A stretch of DNA of 62,589 nt, filler included, from Sphacelaria rigidula (lineage: Eukaryota): NCBI GenBank assembly GCA_964200075.2. It is 5 parts of 5 records of this genome, joined end to end, with 100 filler letters (N's around TTAATTAATTAA, not from the genome) between each part and the next. Parts side by side here need not be neighbours in the genome. Positions count along the whole stretch, not along the records: positions 25,081 to 37,517 come from CAXNAA020003772.1; positions 37,618 to 50,053 come from CAXNAA020003773.1; 3 more parts are not named here. The stretch is one strand, 5' to 3'. A program made the position numbers and the translations under genes. This document shows, piece by piece, positions 27,339 through 39,229 of the stretch. Under the pieces are notes generated by a model. It saw only the letters and a list, made by a program, of their open reading frames with translations, had not been told where the DNA came from and made no database searches. How positions within the stretch are numbered: the stretch's first letter is position 1; every line of letters starts with the position of its first letter.

Positions 27339-27773
27339 TGTTTCAGCCAAGAAGGTTAAAACATTTCGGACTCTCGGCTTCGGTTATTATTATTGCCCAT
27401 GGTAACATGAAACCCGACGTGGAACGCACACAAAAAGAAGACACGTCACGACCGATCCCGAAGAGGGAGGCGGTCTTCGCGTACAGAGCGATTGAACAAG
27501 TGCGCAAATATTCCAGACGGGGGGGTCAGGTATGTCTAGCGCTCGCTCGGGAAACTCTCGACCATAAGAAACAAAAAAAGAAAACAGCATGATAAACAAA
27601 ACAAGACAAAAGGTGCGTACAACGGAGAAAAAGAAGAAAAAAACTCGTGGCAACTGTTCCAGAATATGGGATGGGCGCGAGTATACGGCGCGGGGGGCCA
27701 AGGTTCAAGTGTTCCAGACCTGGGGTCAGGAAGGTTTGTGGAACGGTCGTCACGTGACGGTCGTCACGCAATA
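27339..27773 (-). repeat. Probable 3' LTR of the Gypsy element (~435 bp)
   Basis: It follows the T-rich 3' UTR downstream of the integrase. On the minus strand it begins TATTGCGTGACG (TGTT-like) and ends CTGAAACA, resembling TGTT...AACA termini. There is no partner LTR in the contig to confirm the boundaries. Confidence 0.55.
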
Positions 27774-28152
27774 TTTTGCCATGAATATATATATATATAT
27801 ATGTATATGGACATCAAGCACAAAAATAAATCACAAAACGAGACGAAACGAAAGAAAACAAAAGAAGGAAGAGGTCACAACACGATACAAGACACGAACA
27901 AAACACGAAGGCAGGATCCAAAGCAAAAAATAAAAATAAAAATACAAGATACAAAATGCCATATGGAAAATACAACCACTACAAGTACGGGGCTACAGCA
28001 GTACGAAAAAAAAGGAAAGGGGGGGGGGGGGGGGGGGAGGCACATGGTTTTCCAACGACGCTACGGCGCCAGGCAAGTGACTCGAACATGGTACAATACG
28101 CAAGGTGAACGGGGAAGCAGACTCGGATGCGGCATCATGAGTCTTCTGCATC

Positions 28153-29829
28153 TCAAGCGGTGTCCGTATTGCGTAGAACGGCTGTGTTGAGATCGCCCTG
28201 GTCGTGTCGTTGGAGGCACCAGGATCTCCAGCGGGCGGTTGGCTCCTCGGTGTAGTAGGCATCATCCAAGCGAATCTCAAGGGGGCTCGGGTCATCGAGG
28301 AAACGGATAAAGTAGGAGTCGTCAGATGCAGGGTCAGCCAAGTGAATCTTACCCGACCACCACCGTGAATCCAAGGCCTTATACCAAAAGTACGCCCCTT
28401 TCGGCAAGCGTTTTCCGTGAAAAGATTGCATGTATTGTGAACACGAAAGAAGGCTATAGCCTGTCACAACAAACCGCGCTGAGTGTTCACGTGCCAGTTC
28501 CCGAGCGGCAGCTCCCTTGCGCATCGACCGATATCTCTTATGCGACGGGCGGTGTTGAACGGTATCTCCTATCCAGTACACCAATATTTCCCGCCAAAAA
28601 TGACGCAAATCAACTTCACGCTCCCATGTAACACGCATGATACCCTTCCAATGTGTTTGATACATTACCGCTATCTTACCTTCACGACCGCGAACCAGTT
28701 GATGGCCCGAAATCCTATCTACCTCAACGCGTTCCAGGGGTGCGTCCGCATCCTCGACCGTCATATGATACGGTGGAGTTTTGATCGCATACTTGGTCAA
28801 CACATACTGACTAAGCCCTAGCGGCAGTTGTTTGGGCATGTTAGAGGAGTCATGAGGGGGGATACACGGTTTGTATCGTAGCATCGAGACGCGATTTTTC
28901 GGTTTCAAACCAGGTTCATCCGTGGGAAAATCTGAATACAAAAGTTTCGCTCCCACCGGACTCTTGTCGGGTGTGGTAGCGCTTAGACCAACAGCTAAAA
29001 ATTCCCAACGGCCAGCCCGATTCAAGGATAGTTTCGCCTTCAACACTTTGTCCAAAGATGATGATTTCGAGCTAGCCCCTTGATTGATGGTCTTCACATC
29101 GTTATACACCCATGCCCATTGGCCTACCTTCCACACCGGGCGGTTATATACCACATCATCCAACATCGAGTTCGCCCTGGCCACCTTGGCCAAATTGATT
29201 TGGTTCTGTTCTCGTACCACTTCATATGCAAGACGAAGACGACTGCTAACCGACAAATGATACTCTACAACATCACGATCTAGACTCTGATGTCCGCCTC
29301 TACTTTTGCGTTCGAATACCGTTAAAGGTAACCTAGGCATGCGTTCAATATGAATTTCATTCGGCGACAATCCCGTAGCGACATTGACTGAGCTGTTGTA
29401 GTTCATTTGGACAAGGGGCAGGTGCAGGTCCCAGTCCATCTGTCTCTCATTTGCTACAGCAGCAAGCATCTGCACCATCGTAAGGTTCACTCGTTCCGTT
29501 CCACCATTGGTGGAAGGGTGATATGAACTAGTAAAAATGCGATGGGCACCCAAAAGGTCACTGGCGGCGGCTGAAAGTTTGCCTGAAAAATGCGGGCCGT
29601 TGTCAGACAGTAAGCGTTTGGGCGCACCCCACTGTGGGATGTACATGTAGACAATAATGTTGGCGGTACCTTCCGCGGTATAACCACTGGGGGGGACAGC
29701 GTGCATCACCGCATGTCGACTAAATCTATCCATAAACAACAAGATATACTTATTTCCACTATCCGGCAGGGGCAGAGGACCGAAATAGTCCCACGAAACT
29801 ACTTCACCAGGCCCGTTTGGGAGTGGCAT
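28153..29829 (-). CDS. Gypsy integrase ORF (558 aa): rve DDE core, C-terminal chromodomain (~28606-28725) and an extra Tudor/PWWP-like module (~28250-28404)
   Basis: VSWDYFGPLP, LLSDNGPHF and STNGGTERVN give the D-D-E triad. EVDRISGHQLVRGREGKIAVMYQTHWKGIMRVTWEREVDL is chromodomain-like. The ATG is an internal Met of the polyprotein, so this is most likely part of a pseudogenised pol. Confidence 0.85.
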   Translation of the reverse strand: MPLPNGPGEVVSWDYFGPLPLPDSGNKYILLFMDRFSRHAVMHAVPPSGYTAEGTANIIVYMYIPQWGAPKRLLSDNGPHFSGKLSAAASDLLGAHRIFTSSYHPSTNGGTERVNLTMVQMLAAVANERQMDWDLHLPLVQMNYNSSVNVATGLSPNEIHIERMPRLPLTVFERKSRGGHQSLDRDVVEYHLSVSSRLRLAYEVVREQNQINLAKVARANSMLDDVVYNRPVWKVGQWAWVYNDVKTINQGASSKSSSLDKVLKAKLSLNRAGRWEFLAVGLSATTPDKSPVGAKLLYSDFPTDEPGLKPKNRVSMLRYKPCIPPHDSSNMPKQLPLGLSQYVLTKYAIKTPPYHMTVEDADAPLERVEVDRISGHQLVRGREGKIAVMYQTHWKGIMRVTWEREVDLRHFWREILVYWIGDTVQHRPSHKRYRSMRKGAAARELAREHSARFVVTGYSLLSCSQYMQSFHGKRLPKGAYFWYKALDSRWWSGKIHLADPASDDSYFIRFLDDPSPLEIRLDDAYYTEEPTARWRSWCLQRHDQGDLNTAVLRNTDTA

Positions 29830-30872
29830 GGAAACAATTGGCCAACGAACTGTTTGACGAAAAACTTTTCGCGCCTGTCACAAAAGACAACGCCTCACCC
29901 ACCAACGACAACACCGATCCATACAAACCCACCAATAAAAACGTTCCACCATCTGGGAGGTCCCAATGGCGCCTAAATGAGTCGATGTCTGTGAATGGCA
30001 TTCGTGTAGAACCCATGGGCGCAGGAGCATCGGGACATAGATGCTGATGGGTTCATTACCTAGGAAGCGGGCATGTCGACTTGTAGGCTTCCCCTGGGGA
30101 GGGCTGCTGTGGGCCGGCGAACTAACAGAGCTATACCATCATCATCCGTATGTAGCATACCTTTCCTTGAAAGTTCAGTAACTTCATCCGGTGTGGGCGC
30201 TCTGAGATTTCCGACTGGCAAAAGGAATTCGGATTCTGAGAATGGACATGGGCAACCTTTAGGTAGATCATGGATAGCTGATTTACAAGCAGGTTCTGCC
30301 TGTTGTTCCCGGGCCCAATCGGCGTGGGAGAAGAGAGTCAAACGTTCCTTGAATACACCATCTGTTGAAGCGTCGACTTCGTGTTGGGTTGGTTCGGGGC
30401 GGGGCTGGCACGAAGCGGTGATTTCGGAATCAAGGGTGAGCCTACCAGTTGGTGTACTCTCAGACGGAACGTTGACGTCTACTCCTGCGTCGGTTAGCGC
30501 GTGGAGGGTGTTGTGGTGGTGTTTGCAATATCATCACCAAGGGAGGGGGGCACAGCCATGATTTCGGCTATAGTTGGCGTGGGCGGCACGGTCGGGGTCA
30601 ATTTTCTGGGGGCCTTGCGTCGTGGAGGTTGAGGAGGCGCAAGGAAACTATCGGGGACCGGGGTGGGGGCAGGGAGGGGAAGGTCAGGACCAGATACGGC
30701 TAATGTAGTGGCCGTTTCGGCGCTTCACCGTCCACGCGTCCTACTCGAAATCAAATCTCGAACTTGAACTGGTAAGACGGAGTCAGCAAAGGACGGTTCT
30801 TCACCTGCTGCGAAAACCATGCGCTGGCCAGTTGCACGAAAATGATCATAGCCAACAGCATTCGTAGACAGT

Positions 30873-32620
30873 CTATTCCAAATTGAGTACAACGATTGAG
30901 GTTGCAAGCTGCCTAGAACTGACGCGTGGGCTGTGGTCGTCAGCCCACCCATGCCTAAAGCCGGCGTTTCTCTCAGTGAAAGTGGTGTGTAAAGACCTCT
31001 GTCCATTCCTGCTTATGAAACATACAATGTCTTCGGTGGGATCGGTGATACGTCCCATGGCGGATTCATCGATAGGTTGAGCTGGTGTGGGCAAGCGTGA
31101 CAGAAAGTCGGTGTTTGCATTCTGGCGATCTGTGCGGTACTTCAGTTGAAAGTTGTAAGACGACAGGATTTCGAACCAGCGTTGGACCCTAGCGTTGTGT
31201 TCCGCCATTTTGGCAAGGCTTTCCGAAGACTTATGATCGGTATAAATCACAAACGGGATGTCATACAAATACTGACGCAGACGTCGCACGCCCCAAACAA
31301 CTGCGCCGGCCTCTTGTTCCATGACAGACCAATTCTGTTCATTCGGAAAAGTGGTGCGACTTAGATAGACAACGGGACGAGCAGTAGCATCGACTTGCTC
31401 CTGTTCTCATGTGCAGCCAAACCCAATTTTGGAAGAAATTGCGTGGAGCCGGAAAGGGCGGGAACCCTGCTTCGCGGCCGACCAGTCGGAGAAGACGAGA
31501 ATCGGCGGGCGCGAAAGGGTGTTAAGAAGACGGCGGACGGTTTTTTCCATTTTCAATGTGAACACAAATGTCACCCCTTTTTTGAGGAGGGTGGTGAGGG
31601 GTTTTAGCGTTCGGGCAAGGTTTGGCAAGTACTGTCTGTAGTACCTGAGATCTCCCAACAAGGAACGCAGTTGAGAAATGTCCCGTGGCATGGGCATATC
31701 GGAGAGTGCGGCGACCTTGTCGAGGTTTGGGCTACGACCTTCGGGGGTGATGCAATGACCCAAGAATTCACTCTTCGTGGCGCCAACGCGGGATTTGGAG
31801 GGGGCGAGTCTTAACTTGTGTTGTTCAAACCGATTAAAGAATGATGCCAACTGTTCGACGTGTAAGGCCGGTGTAGAGTCGTGGCACACTGCATGATCAA
31901 GGTACATATGGCATTTGTGTAATCCATCAGTTACACGGAACATTACACGTTGAAACGCACCTGAAGTTCCGGCGGCACCTTGTGGTGTAACCAGCCACTC
32001 GCACAAACCTGATAGCGTGCAAAACGCTGTCAGTTCAACGGAATTCGGATCCATCACGAGCAGGTGGTAGCCGGACTGCATGTCGAAGTTCGAAAATACC
32101 TTACCCCCGCCAAGAGAGTCAATAATTTCATCAATCCGTGGAAGTGGCAGCCGGGCGATTTTGGTGACAGCGTTCAATCGTTGATAATTGACCGTCAGCC
32201 TGATTTTGCCATTTTTCTTACGGAAGACTACTAAAGGCGAGGCCCACGGAGACGTCGAGTGCCGAATCAAACAGGCGGATAAGTAACCAACGAGAATTAC
32301 CTGGATCTTATCCTATAAGAGGGGGTTCGTACGGTACGGACGCACAGCGATAAGCGGAGTGCCATCAGGAGTCTTGATCTTAAACGGTGTCGTGGTACAT
32401 CGACCTAAATCCAAGGATGCAGTAGAAAACCGTTCAGAATAACTAATCAAGGCGGATCTCAATCTATCGATTACAGAGGGTGTCCAACCATCGCCAGATA
32501 GATCAAAAACAATATGCCGTAAGTGAGGGGGAATGTAATCCCACAACTTTTGAAAACTGGCGCGTTGTTCTGGGGAAAATCTATCCAGTAGTTGGGGGTT
32601 GAGGTTCAGGCGCATCCGGT
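30873..32620 (-). pseudogene. Gypsy reverse transcriptase / RNase H, inactivated
   Basis: The ORFs 32313-32921 (its C-terminal part), 31407-32270 and 30873-31322 are pieces of one frameshifted RT-RH. The catalytic YLDD reads YLDH, and the first RNase H Asp motif reads LHAISS. Confidence 0.88.
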
Positions 32621-35249
32621 GCATTTGCCACCATGGGGTCACGCATGTGTCGCGGAGGGGGGCCCGTGGATTTCGGGGGGTCGGTCGACGAGTTGTTGTT
32701 CGCAAGGGGGCACACATCTGACAGGGCGGTTCGTATGAGAGGCGCTTGAGCATAACCCAACAACTGACCGTCGAGTATATCGAAACATGCAGGGGACGTG
32801 AGGTAAATGGCCTGCCTACCTTCGTGGACAAAGACTTCGGTCTGTTCAAACGGACCAACCTGTGCTTGGTCAGATTCGAGCTATTCGACCAAATAATGTC
32901 CTGTGAGGGCGGGCGATCCATTGCGTCTCACGAGGTTCACTTGGATACGTTGAGGTTCACGAGAAAGCGAGACTACAGGTTCACCAGCATAGTACAGACG
33001 GAAAGCATTACCTGTTTACGTGGGGTCATCCAGATAAGCATGAGCTCCCGAATCGGTGTCGAAGTGATCCAGTGACAGTTTGCCTGTGACTGGACGGTTC
33101 GTGACAGGTGTGTCCGTCGTGTACGTGTGTGTGGAAAAACGAAGCCAACTATCTCGACCCAACAAAACGTCAAAAGACATGGAACCGTCGGGCACAATTA
33201 GTGCCCATACGGACAACCGAGCAGAGGGAGTAGTGTCCTGGTAGAATTATATACTTAGTCTCACCGATTGATTGACCGTAAGAGATGTGGAGGAACAAAA
33301 CCCACCAAAAACACGAGGGCACACGGGGGATAGACAATGCTCGTGCGCCGCACCCGCGTTGATAATCTGTTGCCCGCGGCTGGCTGTAATGAACGTTTGA
33401 GGTGAACCAGAGTCTGGTAGTGCAAGAGCTATCGAATGACAGTTTGCACGCGTTCGACTATGTAAACCTATCTTGGTCGTAAAAGAAGCATCATCCATAG
33501 TTGCAGTACCACTGATGAGATCGGGCCCGAATTCGGGTAAGACATCTGACACATCCTGCTTTGCGTTTTGAACGAAGGTGCTAAAATACACCCGTTGATG
33601 ATCTTGTGGGACAAGCTTTTGGTCGGAGGGATGGTACGTGCATGGAGTGTCAGTGTTTGTGCCTGGAATATTTGTCTCATCAGTCGAGGGTTGAATCTCA
33701 TATACTGCAACGGAGGGGCGATGCCAGGGAAGGGCAGTTGTCGTGGTTGGACCCGACAACTGGTCTGTGCTTGGTGTTTCACCCTTATTGGCCAACAGAG
33801 GGCGCAAATCGTCGTTGTGCAAAGCGGGATCAATTACATTATCCAGCTTGGTCGGAACAGGGGACGATCCATTGAGGCGCGGTGTTGAGTTTGATACGCC
33901 AATCAACTCAATGCCATCACTAGTTAGGGTCAACATGGGAGGTTTTGGAGACGATTCGTCAGGACGCGGGGTTGGTAAAGCTGTACTGTTCAACCTGGCG
34001 TACATTAAAGGGGCCAGCGTGGGCGAGTTAGGAGACGAGTCATCTTGCGTAACACTTTGTTTGCCTGGTGACGAACACACGATCGAGGTGCCTTCATGAC
34101 TAGGATGCGAACGTCCATGAGTCGGCGAAGTTTCTGTCCCTACAGACGGCAACGCTTCATCTTGAATGGGTTCTAACGCAGTGACCGAGGGGTGGTCAGG
34201 GAGCAGTAACGATCTGTTCGAAATCTAGGGAGTACCGACCTGTTCCACTCTAAGGTTTTCATCTGTCTGAGCCCACACGCAATCTCCTCCTTGGAGTTCA
34301 CGTGCGCTTGCTACATCAGGGTTATCTACATGATCATCTGGAGGAGCCCGCCTACGGTGACGCGTATAGCGCACGAAAGGATCGGCGGCTCCAGGAGCTA
34401 TTGAAATGAGTTCTCGGACAGTCGAGCCTAGGTCACGCTCTTGGCGCACCATCTGAGTCGCTGTCACTTGGGGTTCAATTCCAACCCACTAAGTGACTGA
34501 AAGCATGGGTTCTTTTGCGGTTGCGACCCTTCAAGGAATAATTATGCTCATCAACTAAAAGGGACCCGGGTACTGTAGTTTTGCGGAACTCGGTTGGGTG
34601 GTTAGCCGGTCACTCGAGCAGTTGGAGGGCTTGAGTGTGTGGCTTTGAATTTCGCGTCCTCCACTGAACAGGCGAAGGGACAGCGACTACCATACCAGAA
34701 GATAGTTCGGCTCTTGATGCGTTAGAAACTGCACTACATGACTTCCTTTCCCCCGAAGAGAAGGGCTTCGGTTGAATATGTTAGTGCCGGATGCATGTAA
34801 AACTGGGTGATCAAGTCCAGGATGAAAACGTTGGGTTTGGTCACTGCTCAATTGATAGCCATGCAACGGTGCACGGTACAGTACTGGCGGTTAGACATAT
34901 ACTGTAGAAACAGGAACAAAACTCTAATGGGCGTAAGTCGCTAAACGCACGCACACCCCGCCGAGCCTGCGTGAATCGTCCTTGGTAGTACTTCAAACTG
35001 CTCAATTAACCCGAACATCAGGACACCCATCTTTTTCCCTCCTCCTCCGCTGTCACCATAATGTAGTAGCGGTAGGGCCGCCTAAGAAGCTCACTTTCCT
35101 TCAGCTCGTTCGAACTGACGATGTATCGCGAGTTGTGCCAGTAGAGATAACCAGCGTTGGTCTACAGATGTCCATCGTTGATATTACTTGATGAAAGTAT
35201 GCACAACGAGAATCAGATTTCAAGTACGGCTGACGGTCCCGTGTGCTCC

Positions 35250-35410
35250 TCGTGTGCGCAGTTTTCGTCGAAACCGACGCCACAGGAGCTGATTTGGGGT
35301 CTGCAAAGGCCACACTTTGCCAAGGGAATGTTATGTGCCGCCCTTGTCCGAGGGTTTCGGTTCGCGATGGGTTGGAGTTAGGGTTTTGGGGGTAGGGGTA
35401 GGGGTAGCAA
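35250..35410 (-). repeat. Dispersed repeat with degenerate telomere-like end (other copies 17940-18100+, 20165-20300+)
   Basis: The copies share a GCAGACCTCAAATC / GCAGACCCCAAATC core, preceded by CCCCTA/CCCCAA/CTAACC-type hexamers. Confidence 0.55.
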
Positions 35411-37517
35411 TGCTTGTAAAATGTGTCGACCATGAACATTTGTGCCCAACTCCTGTAAACTAGCCTATTACTATGACACATCGTGGTAATCGGCAACTCA
35501 GTGCTTGTCTTCAAATCCACGTAGCAATCCGATCCGACAAGGTCTAATCAAACGAAATACCAAACTCTACAGTAGTCCTCGTGCTTTTCTGTACAGCTTT
35601 CAGTCACACGGCATATCCCTTGCGTGAACCCGCCATCGGTGATGTGACAACCGCTCGTTCGTAACGGAAGAGCCTAGGTTGACCGCGTGACACCAGCCCC
35701 GAGACCGGAACAGTAAGGTGCTTCACAAACCCCGGTATCACAGAAGACCGGCGCGTTGTGAGTTATGAGTCCAGTTATTTTGTCGATGCGGAGAGACTCG
35801 GGAGCCGTTTCCGTGGAGAAAGGGGCGTGGTCGTTGTGGCGACCGTGAACGGCGAATGAGGGGGAAAAGAGCCGAATGTGTGGGCGCCATGGTTGGCGTT
35901 GGCGCGTAGACTCCCTGGCACAGTGTAGAGAGCGATGGCTTAGCAAAGGTACGCTCTCGACCGATCGGCGGCCCAGATAAGGTACGATTGTATAAAAAAT
36001 CCCAGATCAGATAAACCTCGGGCGAAATGTGGCCTACAAAGGTAGCGATTTCTGGAGGCGAAATGTCCATTTTCGCGTGGCCATATCTCTCGAGTACCAT
36101 GTTTTTTATCCGTTTGTTTTCGAGTCCCGGGTGCCAATGCCCCCCCCAAAGGATGTGCGTGAAAACTCCGGAGCGAAAACGGTCAAAATGGCGTGTTTGG
36201 CTGTTTTCGCGTTTCTGGTCATTTTTCGTACCTTTCCCAGGCAAAAAATGAGAAGTTATATCTTTTCTAGGCCATTGCCCAACCTCAAACCTGCCCTGCT
36301 AAATTGTGATTAGATTGTGCTATGAGCGTAGGGCAAGCGCAACATCGATTGTTAACAGCCGATCCTAATTTTTGGGGTTGAACTATAAAATGAGGTTCAA
36401 CCCGCAAATCGCTTCCGTTGAGAAAATACGAAACAGTAACACAAAAGGAAGGTATTTTCTCCCAACACTCCGCAGGAGGAGTTGGGCAGTTCGGGCTAGG
36501 TGCACCCAACGAATGCGGTCTTCACGCGTGTCAATGGCGATATCACCAGAGAGAGAAGCAACGACAGAGAGGAAGCTCCTCGCCCGTGTCCTTTGTGTGT
36601 CCTCGCTCGGCGATTACCAATCGCTCGAGAGACTGGCATCATTAATCTTACCAGCATGTGCCAAATTTTCCATGTCCCGAAACACTAAGCTGCGGAGAGT
36701 TTCCGTCGTCTCTTCGTCTTGCCTGAGCACCTCGTCATCGATGCGAAGATCAGTGTCTCTCTGGCTCTCTTTTTGGACAGCACGCGCGTCTGTGCGCTGA
36801 AGAACATGTCCTTGAAAAACAGGGTAATATTTCCGTCATCGTTACTACTGTACTCTGTCACACACATGCCAGCAAGGGTGGTGCTCCGGCAAAACCAGAT
36901 AGATCCAACATGAACTTAGGGGGTGTTATTCATCGTCGATTGTCCGCCGCACCCCGACCAGGCGCTTGACCACACGCGAGTTGGGGGGAGTGCACGAGAG
37001 ATCAAACACTTGTGAAGACCTTCTTGACATGCAGAGTAAAAAAAGATACCTATGGTGGTGACCTAAGTGTTACTAGCATCGTGCAGAGGGGTGCGTCAGC
37101 TGCGATCTGGAGCTTTCGTCGATCTACTCTATCTCCCGTCTGCAGACGGCTGCCTATAGAGGTCACACTCGGTATTGATATCACATGTTATTATGTGCCC
37201 AAATTCGGAACACCTTTGAAAACGAAAGAGTTCGTTCTTTCAAAGTACATCAATATGGTTGAAATGACTCTCCTTACCCGAGGGGAAGTGTCCGTTTTGG
37301 GTCCGTTCAAGCGTTCGAAGATGGTGTCGAACACCACTATGAATCTTTCCTGTCATTGGCATCTGCAAATCAGTACCGTACCATCACAAATCGACAATTT
37401 AACGTTCTCATTAGAAACCGACGGGCAGCAAAGTGTTTGCAGTTAGGAGGACTGGCATTTTCATAGAGGAGAAAGTCTGTGTTCCTCCGTGGCCGTTACA
37501 TGCGGTCTCAAAAACTA

Positions 37518-37617
37518 NNNNNNNNNNNNNNNNNNNNNNNNNNNNNNNNNNNNNNNNNNNNTTAATTAATTAANNNNNNNNNNNNNNNNNNNNNNNNNNN
37601 NNNNNNNNNNNNNNNNN
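37518..37617. other. Artificial contig linker
   Basis: Same 100-nt N/TTAATTAATTAA/N spacer. Confidence 0.97.
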
Positions 37618-37759
37618 CCCACTAAAACCCCCCATCAACTTGGCGCAGTACACGCGCCGCCCTGCTCTCGAGAGCTTCGGCCCTAGTTGCGAGTACTGTG
37701 TTGAAACTAATTCCCCTTGGTCGAGTAGTTCAAAACGAACAGAAAGCATTGAGCTCCAC

Positions 37760-38600
37760 GAACGTGTTCGTCGACTTTGGCGTTGCCAAACACGGTGAAG
37801 AATGCTCGAATTTGTTCCGAAAATCCGGGGACAGGCCAATTTTATCCCCGAATTGACTCTTTTCCTTCTTTCGTGCCGGAGAGTGATGCATTGTGATGCA
37901 TTGCGATGCGTAAAGATTTGTGTCAAACGAAAATATCTGGAACGTCCTACCTCTAGCTGTCCCCTTTCCGTAGTCATCGTCGATTTATGGTACCTTAATC
38001 GTCACGCATGAACACAAATTTTTGGGAATTACTGCCAAACCGTATTTCGGTGGGTTAATGAAGGAGAAGAAGAAAAAAACGTTTTCGTCGAGTACGGCGT
38101 TGCCAATCACAGACACAATGGCCAAGTTTGTTCCGAAAAATAGGGGATAGGCCATTTTCGCCCCCGTATTTTTTTTTCAAAGCGGATCCTTCTAGTCTCA
38201 TAAATATTTGTACCAAAACAGAAGGTCTGAAACGTCACAGGTGTCCCAATTTGGTAGTCATTATCAATTTCTGAGGAAAAATGAATGACTAGGGAGCATC
38301 ACTCAACGTGCGTCATAGAGTACCTTCATCGTAACCGATGAACACCAAACTTTGAGCGATTACTACCAAAACGTATTTCAATGGGTTGAAGAAAAAAAGA
38401 GAAAAAATAATTTTCGTCGAGTACGGCGTCGCTAAACACCGCCTTGATGGCGAAATTTGTTCCGAAAACCAGGGGATAGGCGATTTTCATCCCCGCATTA
38501 TCTTTTTTTTTTCTCTTTTTGTCTTCAAAACGGACCGCACTAATCGCATAAACATTCATACCAAAGGAGAAGGTCTAAGGCGTCTAACGTAGCGAGATGT
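37760..38600 (+). repeat. Three diverged tandem units of ~315-330 bp
   Basis: TTCGTCGA...GGCGT.GC.AA...TTTGTTCCGAAAA...GGGGA.AGGC.ATTTT recurs at ~37767, ~38082 and ~38411. Confidence 0.8.
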
Positions 38601-39229
38601 TTACTGCCGCGTACAGTGTACCGTAGTTGAAACAGGGGGTGTTCTGGTCGCTTTTTTTACGTCAATAGAGCCATACTCCACATCTACTCCTGCAACGGGG
38701 TTTAATTATTTTTCATTTTGAAAAGCTTAGGTGATGAAGGATTAAATTATTTCTCTCAGGATACTCTGGGCGTTGTTCTACGTGTCGTGGTTCCCACAAA
38801 CCAAAGTTTTTCCCGCCAGGTGCCTTAAGCGTACCTTAATTGGGACATTTACCTTTGATATCTCAACACGCTAGCGTTCTTTGGCTAATAAGTATACATG
38901 CACGAGGAAGTAAGACCGAACGTGTCACTCGTAGCTCAAGTCACTGAAGATACCAACCGGCTCATTACTTCATAGACAAGAACGAGCAGTTGTCACCGTT
39001 GCTTGCGATCACAACGCTTCTCGAGCACCTAGGGGCTGAGAGGGGACGAGAGTCCACGTTAGCAGCTTGCGTTCACAGTGGAGAAACTGGGAGGGTATCT
39101 GACACTGAAACCGTGGGTGCTGGTGTGGGTGATGTCGACATACGTGGTACAGCGGCGGCATGAGGCTGCGTTTATAACAGGGACGGTGAGGCGCTGACTT
39201 CAGGATGGAGCAGCGAACGCATAAATTCC

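Larger units (their letters stand above)
27339..34467 (-). mobile_element. Decayed Ty3/Gypsy (chromodomain-bearing) LTR retrotransposon; 5' LTR and most of gag missing
   Basis: Domains in minus-strand order: protease (ALPDSGSPQTF ~33400; DVLLGRDSW ~33160), RT (SPWASPLVV, RLPLPRIDEIID, FDMQSGYH, degenerate YLDH; 31407-32270), RNase H (EQEAGAVVWGVRRLRQYLY...VIYTDHKS...NANTDFLSRLP; 30873-31400), H2C2 zinc finger remnant (~29830-30020), then integrase. PR-RT-RH-IN order is Gypsy. There are multiple stops and frameshifts. Confidence 0.93.
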
